Below the pieces are notes generated by a model. It worked only from the letters and a program-made list of their open reading frames with translations. It ran no database searches and was not told the origin of the DNA. The position numbers and the translations under genes were made by a program. A stretch of DNA of 64,000 bases from Deltaproteobacteria bacterium (GTDB lineage: Bacteria > Desulfobacterota_D > UBA1144 > Nemesobacterales > CSP1-2), in the NCBI GenBank assembly GCA_052390235.1, contig JBQTHB010000007.1, forward strand, positions 1-64,000, written 5' to 3'. Of this stretch, positions 39,144 to 48,465 are shown one piece after another; within the stretch, counting starts at the first letter, position 1; each line of letters begins with the position of its first letter.

Positions 39144-40126
39144 CTCGGGGTCTCCTCCGTCCTGTATCCTGAATCTGTATGGCGCATACCGGCAATCCGC
39201 GCCGAGATTCTACTATTTTTAATCCTCTGCAATAAGTCTTTAGAATCAAGCGCTCCGCCCTCGGTGATAAATCCCGTGATGTAGCAAAGGGGCGTCAAGT
39301 CGAAATAGCGGTTGACTATCTCTAATCTCGCGTCCCTGTTAGCGAGGACTTTCTCGGCGGGATGCTCGTTTATTTTAAACGCAGGCATAAGCCCGGCGGA
39401 CAGGAATTTCTCGCTCCCCAAGAGGGCGAAAACCGCAGTTCCAAACTCATGCGCGAACACCGCAAGCCCCAAAGTCCCGGCTTTGTTAACTAGCCCTTCG
39501 GTTGAAACTGCATCCGCGCCGACGAGTACAGCGTCAACGCCCTTGCTCTGAATCATAGAAAATGCGACCATATCTGGCAGATAGATTACCTTAATACTCT
39601 CATCGGCGAGCTTTCGAGCCATTGCCGCACCCTCGAAAGCCGGTCTCGATTCCGTGCAAATGACTGTTGGATTTAGCCCCAGCGCCCTGGCTTGCGTTAT
39701 TGCCCGAAGCACGGTGGAGCTATATGAATGCGTGAGAATCGTAGGCGCGCGGCTGACTGAGGCAAGCGCCTCGGAGCAGTGCAAGGCAACGGATTTGCCG
39801 TTTGCCTCAATCTTCCGAACCCAGCTCCGAGCCGTAAATCTAATCCCCTCTCTCGCCTCGTTTTCGCCGCTTGAGTCCTCTGCGGCGAGCAGAATATCGT
39901 TTGCGAGGTTTAGGATAGGAGCCATCGAGCTATGACATTTGACGAGCTCTTCGGAGAAACTATGGACTCCCCCTAGGAAATCCGCCGCCGTGCCGCCGCC
40001 GATGCGCCCCTCTGCAAGCGCGATATAAACCTCAGACGCCCGCCTCGTCAACTCCGCCGCGCCCGATGCGCTGTCGCTTTGTATTTCAGCTAAGATTTCG
40101 GAGAGCGATTTTCCCGGTTCTGCCAT
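39140..40126 (-). CDS. eIF-2B alpha/beta/delta-family protein
   Basis: SGAAEL, ILTHSYSSTV, TESRPAFEG, LVGADAV, NKAGT, YFDLTP, ITEGG. Confidence 0.9.
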   Translation of the reverse strand: MAEPGKSLSEILAEIQSDSASGAAELTRRASEVYIALAEGRIGGGTAADFLGGVHSFSEELVKCHSSMAPILNLANDILLAAEDSSGENEAREGIRFTARSWVRKIEANGKSVALHCSEALASVSRAPTILTHSYSSTVLRAITQARALGLNPTVICTESRPAFEGAAMARKLADESIKVIYLPDMVAFSMIQSKGVDAVLVGADAVSTEGLVNKAGTLGLAVFAHEFGTAVFALLGSEKFLSAGLMPAFKINEHPAEKVLANRDARLEIVNRYFDLTPLCYITGFITEGGALDSKDLLQRIKNSRISARIAGMRHTDSGYRTEETPR

Positions 40127-40412
40127 TTTCCCCTATAATAAATATCGGCAATCGGCTAGATTGCAAGGAGGGAATAGAGCGGACTGCCCGCCGATATACA
40201 GAACTCAGCGCCGTGTCGGGCGCGAAGCTCCCACCGGCAGAACGCTCGATGCGAATTCAAACTGGATTGCAAGGAGGGTTGCCTCTTTGATGCGAGCGCG
40301 GGTTTCACGCACAGCCTCTGCTCGCGACTCGCTTGGAGATATTGCCGCCGCGCCGAGAATTTTCATCCTCAGAGCGCTGTAAGTATGAGTTATCGGCTAG
40401 TGATAAATTAGC

Positions 40413-40703
40413 TTAATACCTGCATCCGCCGCCGCCGTAGCCAAATCCGCCGTTGCTTCTGTAGCCGGAGTAATAGGGGTTGTAGGGGCCGAACCCAATG
40501 GGTCTGGAGTACCCTATGAAGGGGCGATTGTTGTAGTATGTGAAATTCTGCCGGTACGGGGAGTAATAATTGGAATTCTGCTGGCTATATTGTTGGTTTT
40601 TATAGAAACTGCGGTGCCGCCGTCCATCTTTCGCCGAACCGATTTCCGGGGCGATGAGAACGAAGCAAAGGACTACTCCGAGTGAGAGAATGAGCTTTTT
40701 CAT
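40413..40703 (-). CDS. Secreted low-complexity Y/N/G-rich hypothetical protein
   Basis: RBS AGGAGG; MKKLILSLGVVLCFVLIAPEIGSA signal peptide. Confidence 0.75.
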   Translation of the reverse strand: MKKLILSLGVVLCFVLIAPEIGSAKDGRRHRSFYKNQQYSQQNSNYYSPYRQNFTYYNNRPFIGYSRPIGFGPYNPYYSGYRSNGGFGYGGGGCRY

Positions 40704-40792
40704 GGTCTCCTCCTAGAGGTTTTGTGTGATTTGCAGATATAAACTGCGAGAGACGCGCTCTGGTTTCAGCAGGGGCGATATAGAAGCGGAAT

Positions 40793-41680
40793 TTATGAAT
40801 AATCTGGGAAACTGTAGGGGTCAACGTGAACGGTAACGTCGGCGCTTTCAACCCTATTCTCGATGTCCTGGATTATATGCTCGGCTAAGTCGTGGGATTC
40901 CACAAAGCTGAGCGCGTGGTCTAGCACGAGATGAAATTCAATAAATCTCTTCGTCCCCGACCTGCGCGTTCTCATCTTATGAAACCCTTTGACAACGGGC
41001 TTATGGTCGAGAATTATCTCCTCGATTTGCCGTATAGTTTCATCGGGCAGTTCCCTGTCCATGAGAATATCGAGAGATTCTCTAAGCACCCCCCACGAAG
41101 AGCGGATAATATATGCCGCCACGAGGAGCGAGACGACGGGGTCAATGAAATGAAGCCCGGTGAGACGGATGAGAACGAGCCCTAGGATAACGCCGAGGCT
41201 GGTGAAAACGTCTGTTCTGTAATGCAGGCTATCGGCTTTAAGGGCGACGCTCTCGGTTTTTTCTCCCACTTTTTCGAGGTATCGGGAGATTAAATACCCC
41301 GCCGCCGCCGAAAATGCCATTACGCTAATTCCAGTTTCGAGCGACTCAACGGGGCTTCCCGAAACGAGCCTCAGAGCCGAGTTGTAGATTAGATAGAGCG
41401 ACGAGAAGCTGATAATGAAACTCTGAAACAGCCCTCCCAGCCCTTCGGCTTTCCCATGTCCGAACCTGTGATCTAAGTCCGCGGGTTTTTCCGCTTTTCT
41501 GATGGATAGGTAATTCACTACCGACGCCGATAGGTCGAAGAGCGAGTCAACGGCTGAGGCATAGATGCTTATTGAATTCGTGAAGACGGCGAAAGTGGTT
41601 TTGAGGGCGATTAAAAACAGCGAACCCGCTATGGAGACTACCGAAGCCCTGAGTTTCTCGCTGCGATGAATCTTGCCGAT
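40793..41680 (-). CDS. Cation diffusion facilitator (FieF-like), apparent ATC start
   Basis: FGHGKAE, ADSLHYRTD, VHVDP; TM1-TM2 homology (ASAVDSLFD) continues upstream of the track's GTG at 41518. Confidence 0.88.
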   Translation of the reverse strand: MGKIHRSEKLRASVVSIAGSLFLIALKTTFAVFTNSISIYASAVDSLFDLSASVVNYLSIRKAEKPADLDHRFGHGKAEGLGGLFQSFIISFSSLYLIYNSALRLVSGSPVESLETGISVMAFSAAAGYLISRYLEKVGEKTESVALKADSLHYRTDVFTSLGVILGLVLIRLTGLHFIDPVVSLLVAAYIIRSSWGVLRESLDILMDRELPDETIRQIEEIILDHKPVVKGFHKMRTRRSGTKRFIEFHLVLDHALSFVESHDLAEHIIQDIENRVESADVTVHVDPYSFPDYS

Positions 41681-41755
41681 AGCCGCCCTCGATGGCGTGA
41701 GGCCCGCGCCGAAACTAACGCCGCTGGCGCGATTCTCACTGCAACCTCGAAATTA

Positions 41756-43045
41756 TTAAGATGCCCCGAAGATTTTCTTCACGAGCTTCTCTCTGTACTC
41801 TTCGATGTTGACATGGCGTCTCGCCGCTCCGGTCTGCATGGCGGCTTGGGCTACTGCGGTGGATTCCCACACGAATACGCGCCTGTCAAAGGGCTTCGGC
41901 ACGATATATTCGGGACCGAAATCGAATCGCTCCTGCCCGTAGAGCCGCGCTACGGACTCATCTGCCCCTTGCTTTGCTAAGCTCGCTAGGGAGTAGGCGG
42001 CGGCGACTTTCATCTCCTCGTTTATCGTCTTTGCTCGTACGTCGAGCGCGCCTCTGAATATGAATGGGAATCCGAGGACGTTGTTTATCTGGTTTGGATA
42101 ATCCGACCTTCCCGTAGCCATTATGAGGTCGCTTCTTACGGACAGGGCGTCTTCATAGGTGATTTCAGGGTCTGGATTTGCCATTGCGAACACTATAGGT
42201 TTATCCGCCATGGATTTTATCATATCTTTTGTAACCGAGCCGCCGATGGAAAGCCCGATGAAAACGTCCGAGCCTCGCATGGCGTCGGCAAGGGTCCTCT
42301 CCTTGGTCTCGATGGCGAACGACTCTTTCTGAGAGGTCATGCCGATTTGCCGCCCTTTGTAGATGACGCCTCTCGTGTCGCACATGATGATGTTCTCGCG
42401 CTTAGCCCCGAGGAGGATGTAGAACTCGGCACAGGCAATGCCAGAAGCGCCAGCCCCGTTGACGACGATTCTTATCTTGCTCATGTCTTTATCTAAGATT
42501 TCGCAGGCGTTGAGGAGTCCTGCGCCTGAGATAATAGCTGTCCCGTGCTGGTCATCGTGGAACACCGGTATGTCGAGCTGTTTTTTCAGCTCCTCTTCGA
42601 TGTAAAAACACTCTGGGGCTTTGATGTCTTCGAGGTTAATTCCGCCAAACGTAGGCTCTAGGATTTTTATGGTTTTAATTATTTCGTCGGGGTCGTGGCT
42701 GTCAAGCTCAATGTCAAATGCGTCTATATCGGCGAATCGCTTAAACAGCACGCTTTTGCCTTCCATGACGGGTTTTCCGGCAAGCGGCCCAATGTCGCCG
42801 AGTCCTAGAATTGCGGTTCCGTTGGTTACCACGGCTACCAGGTTTCCTTTCCCCGTGTATTCGTATACTAAATCCGGGTTTTTTTCGATTTCCCTACACG
42901 GTTCAGCCACTCCGGGTGTGTAGGCCAAAGAGAGGTCTGCTTGCGTTGCGCAGGGCTTAGTCGAGACTAAGCCGATTTTCCCTTTCGGCTCTCTACTGTG
43001 ATATTCTAGGGCTGGTCTGTTGTTGCTCATTATATTTTTCTCCAT
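41756..43045 (-). CDS. NAD(P)-dependent malic enzyme without PTA domain
   Basis: [37 protein letters not shown]. Confidence 0.95.
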   Translation of the reverse strand: MEKNIMSNNRPALEYHSREPKGKIGLVSTKPCATQADLSLAYTPGVAEPCREIEKNPDLVYEYTGKGNLVAVVTNGTAILGLGDIGPLAGKPVMEGKSVLFKRFADIDAFDIELDSHDPDEIIKTIKILEPTFGGINLEDIKAPECFYIEEELKKQLDIPVFHDDQHGTAIISGAGLLNACEILDKDMSKIRIVVNGAGASGIACAEFYILLGAKRENIIMCDTRGVIYKGRQIGMTSQKESFAIETKERTLADAMRGSDVFIGLSIGGSVTKDMIKSMADKPIVFAMANPDPEITYEDALSVRSDLIMATGRSDYPNQINNVLGFPFIFRGALDVRAKTINEEMKVAAAYSLASLAKQGADESVARLYGQERFDFGPEYIVPKPFDRRVFVWESTAVAQAAMQTGAARRHVNIEEYREKLVKKIFGAS

Positions 43046-43108
43046 TGGTAAACGACTATTGTGCTTTGGGCTATGTTAACGGGTTGTAAGGCGGAGTTTT
43101 TCGGGGTG

Positions 43109-43330
43109 TTAGTGTTTAGCGCTGCAGCCGCAGCCTACAGGCGAGCATCCGCACCCAGAGCCTACTGAGGCGTTATCGGCAATGGAGACTTTTTTAAAAC
43201 CGAATGTAGAAAACAGTTTTTCCAATTTTACGCTCCCGCACTCAGGACAGTTGACCTCATCGTCCGAGCTTAGGACAAGCGCATCAAAACCCTTCTGGCA
43301 ATCGCTACATCTGTATTCGTAGAGTGGCAT
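43109..43330 (-). CDS. FmdB-family zinc ribbon protein
   Basis: MPLYEYRCSDC...CPECGS; RBS GGAGG. Confidence 0.9.
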   Translation of the reverse strand: MPLYEYRCSDCQKGFDALVLSSDDEVNCPECGSVKLEKLFSTFGFKKVSIADNASVGSGCGCSPVGCGCSAKH

Positions 43331-43477
43331 TTCAGTCCTAATCCTCCTTGGCATATCAAGGCTCAATCATACCTGATAGGAGGAATTCGCGCAATATCGG
43401 CTGAGGGCTAAAAAGTCCCTCCCCCCCCTGATACTCGCATAAAATTATATCACCGGATGCGGTTTTGGGGGATTCCA

Positions 43478-44965
43478 CTAGAAGCGCGCCTGAAAGTCGA
43501 GGATGAGGCTCGCTCTGGCAATATCCGCGCTTTCTCCTGCTATGGGGATTTGAACCGCAAGCCCTGCGCCGTACTTCTCGCCGAATTTGACCCCTGGGGT
43601 GATGAATAAATCCGTCTTTTTAATATCGCTCGCCGTGGGAGAGGTATATCCGTCGAGTTCTATAAAAGCTATCGGCGAAAAGGGCAGATTGGGTCTGAAC
43701 CCGAGGGCGGCGGCGTATTTTAGGCGCGCCTCAAAATTGTCCCCTTCGATTTTATTCGCGTCCAATATGGAATCCACCCCGACGCTTGCCTGAAAATCGA
43801 GCGCACCACTCTGAGCCGCCGCTGAAACGTAGGGCGTAAGGGTCAGCGCCCCCGGCAGGTAGAGCGGCACATCCCGCCTGTAGCGGACGATGGTTTTGAG
43901 CCTATCTCGGTTGTCTTTAAATCCGGTGGGAGGGGTGATTTCAAACCCACCGGCTAGGATAAATCCCTCGGACTCGCGCGCCACTGCCTTGCCTCCGATG
44001 CGGATATTGCCGAATTCAAAGCCATCGCCGAGATTGCGCTCTCCCACCCGGACGTTATTCACGCCGCCGTAGGGAACCTCGATGTAAACGCCGCGCAAGC
44101 CGTCTTCCGACGGGAAATCAAATCTCAGCGAATAGAGAATGAACTCTCCTCCGCCGAGTTCGTCGCCGAGATTTACGACCTCAAAATTGCCGGCGAACCC
44201 TCCGAGCGGCAGAGGGGATTCAAAAAACACAGGGTAGCTCAGCGCAATGGCTTTGGATTTAGCTGAATTCGTCGCAAATTCCCCTTTGAAGGCAAAAGTT
44301 CCCGCAACTGGGTTTATTAAGCCGATGTTCCCATTCTCGATGAAAAGCCTAGTCGGGTTTACTAGATAAGCCGCCGTCCTTGCAATTGGGTTTTCTCTTT
44401 TGATGAGCCACGCAGAGAGGTTCTCAAGCCCGATTCCAAGTGGGACACCGATTCCCGGCGTGAAGAGTAAATCCGGCGCAGAGGGACGCTCTACTAGACC
44501 CTCAACGGTGTATTCAAATAGCGCGCTTTGAACGAATGACCCTAGAGCCGATGCCAATATGCCGTGTCCCCTAGCCCTGTAGAATAGGTAGTATTCCGCC
44601 CCGAAGAGGGGATGAAACACGAAATTCGTCTCGAATCCGTCGCCGTCGTCGAATTCGGGCAGTTTCGTGAAGTTATCAAAAAATTGAGAAAGCGAGGCGT
44701 CGAAAATTCTGTCGTTCTTGAGGCGGACGTAGAAGAGTCTGCCCCCCCAGATGAAGCCGTAGTGGATTGCGGTGTCAGTTAGAAATTTTTTGTATCCGGT
44801 GCTGTCGTCGGATTTCTCCCGAAATGTCTCCGGGGATTCGCCCTGCGCCGCTTGGGCTTGGACGCTCCCTGCTGATTTGTCCCACTCAGCCGATGCGCCG
44901 GATTTGGGGTTCAATGCGGCTAGAGATATTATTGCGGCAATTGAGATTAAAGCGACTCTTCTCAC
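43478..44965 (-). CDS. DUF3943-like outer-membrane protein
   Basis: Signal peptide; DGDGFETNFVFHPLFGAEYY, FEYTVE..ERPSAPDL; C-terminal Phe. Confidence 0.75.
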   Translation of the reverse strand: MRRVALISIAAIISLAALNPKSGASAEWDKSAGSVQAQAAQGESPETFREKSDDSTGYKKFLTDTAIHYGFIWGGRLFYVRLKNDRIFDASLSQFFDNFTKLPEFDDGDGFETNFVFHPLFGAEYYLFYRARGHGILASALGSFVQSALFEYTVEGLVERPSAPDLLFTPGIGVPLGIGLENLSAWLIKRENPIARTAAYLVNPTRLFIENGNIGLINPVAGTFAFKGEFATNSAKSKAIALSYPVFFESPLPLGGFAGNFEVVNLGDELGGGEFILYSLRFDFPSEDGLRGVYIEVPYGGVNNVRVGERNLGDGFEFGNIRIGGKAVARESEGFILAGGFEITPPTGFKDNRDRLKTIVRYRRDVPLYLPGALTLTPYVSAAAQSGALDFQASVGVDSILDANKIEGDNFEARLKYAAALGFRPNLPFSPIAFIELDGYTSPTASDIKKTDLFITPGVKFGEKYGAGLAVQIPIAGESADIARASLILDFQARF

Positions 44966-45053
44966 GGTGTCGGTCTCTCCGGTGTAAGCGTATATTTGAT
45001 TTCAAATAACATTCTATAAAGAAAAATCCAAAAAATACATAAATATTTTTGAT

Positions 45054-46205
45054 TTAAAGCCCGCACAGTATTTTTTTCACCCTTTGCTCCCAAGTATATT
45101 GGGCAACTTCCCGGCGCGCTCTGCCTGCCAGCTTCTCTGCGAGGTCAGGATTGCCAAGCGCGGATTCTATCCCCTCTAAAAGCGCGTCTCTGCTGTCCGG
45201 GGCGACTAGTATCGCATTCTTTCCGTCTTCGAGTATCTCCCCTAGCGAAGGGATACTCGTCGCAACTATCGGACGGCGAGCCGCCATGTACTCGAACAGC
45301 TTTATGGGCGATGTGAAATCCGCCGCCGCCGTGCCGCCTTTTATGGTCATGGCTGAGGTGTAGGGCATAACAAGCGCGTCTGAGGCGGCTAGGTACAAAG
45401 GAACGCTCTTATGAGGCACAAAGCCGGTCAGAATAAAATTCGCCGCCCCCAGGGACTCCGCCAATTTTCTATATTTTTGATTGTCTGCCTCTAGCCCGCC
45501 CACGACTAGGAAGAGCGCGTCTCTCATCTCGGCGGCGATGGCGGCGAGCGTCTCGATGCCGCGCCCCTGGTAAGTGTTGCCGGCGTAGCAAACGATTTTT
45601 TTATCATTAGGGAGTCCGAGAGCGGCCCTTGCACTCTCCTTTTCGGGGAGATTGTCAAATTTATCCAAATCCACACCGTTGGGGGCTACGACGAGCTTTT
45701 CTCTCGGCAGTCCGAGGGATAGATAGATAGCTCCAAGCCCCGCCGAATTTGTCGTGAATCTGACGAGATATTTTGAGTCTTTAAACGAATCGAATAGAAA
45801 CCGCGCCGCCCGGTTTACGAGCGGGTGATGAGCGTCGTAAACTGTCGGGACTTGCAGGAATACTGCCGCCAAGTAGGCAAAGACGATATTTCTCGTAACG
45901 GCGAGGTCGAAGGTTCCCCTGCCCATGAGAGTTGCCAAAGCCGCCGCCGCCCCGTGAGCGATATGCCTTGCCACAGGGGAGCGGGGGAGCGTGCTGATTT
46001 GGAAATCGGGCAGTACCCCGTAGTATTCAAATGGGTTTTCCCTCTCGTCGTAGGATGGAATAACGAGCCGCGCCCTAATCCCAAGCCTCGACATCGCTTG
46101 ACACATCTTCATAACGTGAATCGCGCTCGCCCCGCCTGAAAAAAGCGGCGGGCTTGCGACATAGAGAATTCTGCGGGGCAACTTTGGCTCTGTATCATCC
46201 GGCAT
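45054..46205 (-). CDS. Glycosyltransferase family 4
   Basis: PNGVD, SPIKLFEYMAARRPIVAT, YTWEQR. Confidence 0.93.
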   Translation of the reverse strand: MPDDTEPKLPRRILYVASPPLFSGGASAIHVMKMCQAMSRLGIRARLVIPSYDERENPFEYYGVLPDFQISTLPRSPVARHIAHGAAAALATLMGRGTFDLAVTRNIVFAYLAAVFLQVPTVYDAHHPLVNRAARFLFDSFKDSKYLVRFTTNSAGLGAIYLSLGLPREKLVVAPNGVDLDKFDNLPEKESARAALGLPNDKKIVCYAGNTYQGRGIETLAAIAAEMRDALFLVVGGLEADNQKYRKLAESLGAANFILTGFVPHKSVPLYLAASDALVMPYTSAMTIKGGTAAADFTSPIKLFEYMAARRPIVATSIPSLGEILEDGKNAILVAPDSRDALLEGIESALGNPDLAEKLAGRARREVAQYTWEQRVKKILCGL

Positions 46206-46356
46206 CGGTCAATAACATACCTAAAGCGCAGGGGGAAATTAATTTGACAACTAAACCCGGCTTGCTTTATCCTTCAGCGCTCATGACGGCGGAATATGCC
46301 GTTTAACTCAAAATTCACCGCCGGGGAAATCCCGCAAATCGCCGAGGTCAAAAATC

Positions 46357-46836
46357 ATGCTGGAAACATATTTTATTAGAGACGCCACAAGCTACGCAGA
46401 CGCAGAATTGAATGCAATGCAAGGGGCTTTCGCCAAGAACTTCATACTCTTTGAAAACCCCGAATTAGGAACTCATCAAAATCCTCTAGCCCCGGAGATT
46501 AAAATCCACATAAAACTCCTCATGGGACTCCTCCCAGAGCAGCTGTTTAATCATCTCGGCGAAGACCTCGCCCTTTCAATTGACGATAGCTTCATCGCCG
46601 CTTTCAATAAGCCGCGCGCAACTGCAGGGGGGATGCCCTCGTTGGTTTTTGAATTCGTGGGGCATATCGTGTGCTTCCGCCTTCGTATCGCTTCTCCGGA
46701 CGGGACGACGCTTAAAGCCGGCGCAAAGGCGATGATGGAGAAAATCCTCGACACCCTCGATGCGCAGGAACTGTCGTCGAGTCCTCAGGAGACTAAAAAA
46801 TTCTCGTTTGAATACGAAAACGGCGAGTGGAGATGA
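46357..46836 (+). CDS. Hypothetical protein, possibly with a frameshifted N-terminus from 46296
   Basis: 159-aa ORF just upstream of hisS; no recognised motif. Confidence 0.6.
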   Translation: MLETYFIRDATSYADAELNAMQGAFAKNFILFENPELGTHQNPLAPEIKIHIKLLMGLLPEQLFNHLGEDLALSIDDSFIAAFNKPRATAGGMPSLVFEFVGHIVCFRLRIASPDGTTLKAGAKAMMEKILDTLDAQELSSSPQETKKFSFEYENGEWR

Positions 46837-46894
46837 AATACGGCTCGAATTCCGTTTATAACCGAGTCGGGGCGGAATCCTAAGAGGGGCGAAA

Positions 46895-48160
46895 ATGACG
46901 GAGATTAGGTCAATACGGGGCTTTAACGACATTCTGCCGGACAGAATAAAGCGCTGGCACTTCATCGAGGAGCGGGCGAGGACGATATTTGAACTCTACG
47001 GCTTCGGCGAAATAAGGCTTCCCGTGCTGGAATTCACCGAGGTTTTCACCCGAGGCGTCGGGGCGGCTACGGACATAGTCGAAAAGGAGATGTACACGTT
47101 CACCGACAGGGACGGCTCGTCCATCGCGCTGCGTCCCGAAGGAACTGCCGGAGTGGTCAGGGCTTATATTGAGAACTCCCTCTACGCCGCGTCTCCCATA
47201 GCGAAACTCTATTATTCCGGGATGATGTTTCGCCACGAGAGGCCGCAAAAGGGCCGCTACCGCGGGTTTTATCAAATTGGGGCTGAGGTGTTCGGAGCGA
47301 GGGACTCCCTTTCAGACGCTGAGCTGATAGTGATGCTGTGGCGGTTTTTCGAGGCTATCGGAGTGATGCAGTTCCTAAAGCTCGAAATTAGCTCAATTGG
47401 GGATGAGTCCTGCCGCCCGGCTTATCAGCAAAAGCTCATAGAATTTTTCGCCCCGAAAGCGGATTTGCTCTGCGAGGACTGCCGAAAACGCCTCGGCGCA
47501 AACCCCCTTAGAATCCTCGACTGCAAGAGGGAGCAGTGCCGCCATGCCGCCGCCGATGCCCCCTCGATTCTCGATAATCTGGACGAGCGCTGCCTCCAGC
47601 ACTTCGAGGGCATCAAGACCGCGCTAACCTCGCTAAATATTCCTTTCGTTGTGAATCCCCGAATCGTGCGCGGGCTTGATTACTATACGAGAACCGTGTT
47701 TGAGTTTACTACCGAGGAGTTAGGCTCTCAAAACGCCGTTGGCGCCGGGGGGAGATACGATGGGCTTGTCGGCGAGCTTGGAGGGCCACAGACTCCGGCA
47801 GTGGGGTTTGCCGTGGGTATGGAGAGGATTGCTCTCCTGCACGAGAAGGCGCGCGCCGAGGGATTCGCCAAAGAAGCCGACGTTTTCATTGCACACATCG
47901 GCGGCGCGGCGAAAGACACTGCATTCACCCTCGCCTATGAGCTTCGCAAACAGGGCGTGTACGTTGACGTTGACTACGAGGGCAAGAGTCTTAAGAGTCA
48001 GCTTAAGCGCGCCGATAAACTCGGGGTTAAGTATGCGATAATCATCGGCGATGACGAAATATCGCGGGGATTGGCAAAGGTGCGCGATATGAGGTCTGGG
48101 ATGGAGGAAGAGTTGTCCCTAGCCGCTGTGAAGATGCTCCCTATCAGGTTCAGAATTTAG
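46895..48160 (+). CDS. hisS: Histidine--tRNA ligase
   Basis: LRPEGTA, FRHERPQKGRYR, RGLDYY, GGRYDGL. Confidence 0.99.
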   Translation: MTEIRSIRGFNDILPDRIKRWHFIEERARTIFELYGFGEIRLPVLEFTEVFTRGVGAATDIVEKEMYTFTDRDGSSIALRPEGTAGVVRAYIENSLYAASPIAKLYYSGMMFRHERPQKGRYRGFYQIGAEVFGARDSLSDAELIVMLWRFFEAIGVMQFLKLEISSIGDESCRPAYQQKLIEFFAPKADLLCEDCRKRLGANPLRILDCKREQCRHAAADAPSILDNLDERCLQHFEGIKTALTSLNIPFVVNPRIVRGLDYYTRTVFEFTTEELGSQNAVGAGGRYDGLVGELGGPQTPAVGFAVGMERIALLHEKARAEGFAKEADVFIAHIGGAAKDTAFTLAYELRKQGVYVDVDYEGKSLKSQLKRADKLGVKYAIIIGDDEISRGLAKVRDMRSGMEEELSLAAVKMLPIRFRI

Positions 48161-48352
48161 CCCGCCAGTGGGATTATGGGCGACAGTATTGCGATTTTCT
48201 CCGATGCGCTGGAGGATAGGATTTCTCCCCTAAATAGAGCTGGCTCAGGCTCGAAAAATTATAAATAATCCCCCCGCCGCCTAGCTTATCGAATGACGAA
48301 ATAACGCGCTCCATAGCCTATCTGTAAATCCGAAACCCCTTGGGGATTTTCC

Positions 48353-48387
48353 TTGACATCGTCGCCGCTAATAGAATAGAATAGAAT
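48353..48387 (+). promoter_or_regulatory. Putative promoter of the autotransporter-caspase pair
   Basis: TTGACA-N18-TAGAAT within a tandem (AATAG)3. Confidence 0.5.
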
Positions 48388-48465
48388 TTGAATTGAAGCC
48401 GCCCCCTCCCAGAGGGCGCGGCAGTTTATTCAATTCAAAATACGGTTTAAGAGAGGTCAGGAGCG

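Noticed and set aside
41756..43045. Malic enzyme lacking the PTA domain as a truncated pseudogene
   Set aside because: PTA-less malic enzymes of this length are a normal class, and the gene ends cleanly with tandem TAA codons.
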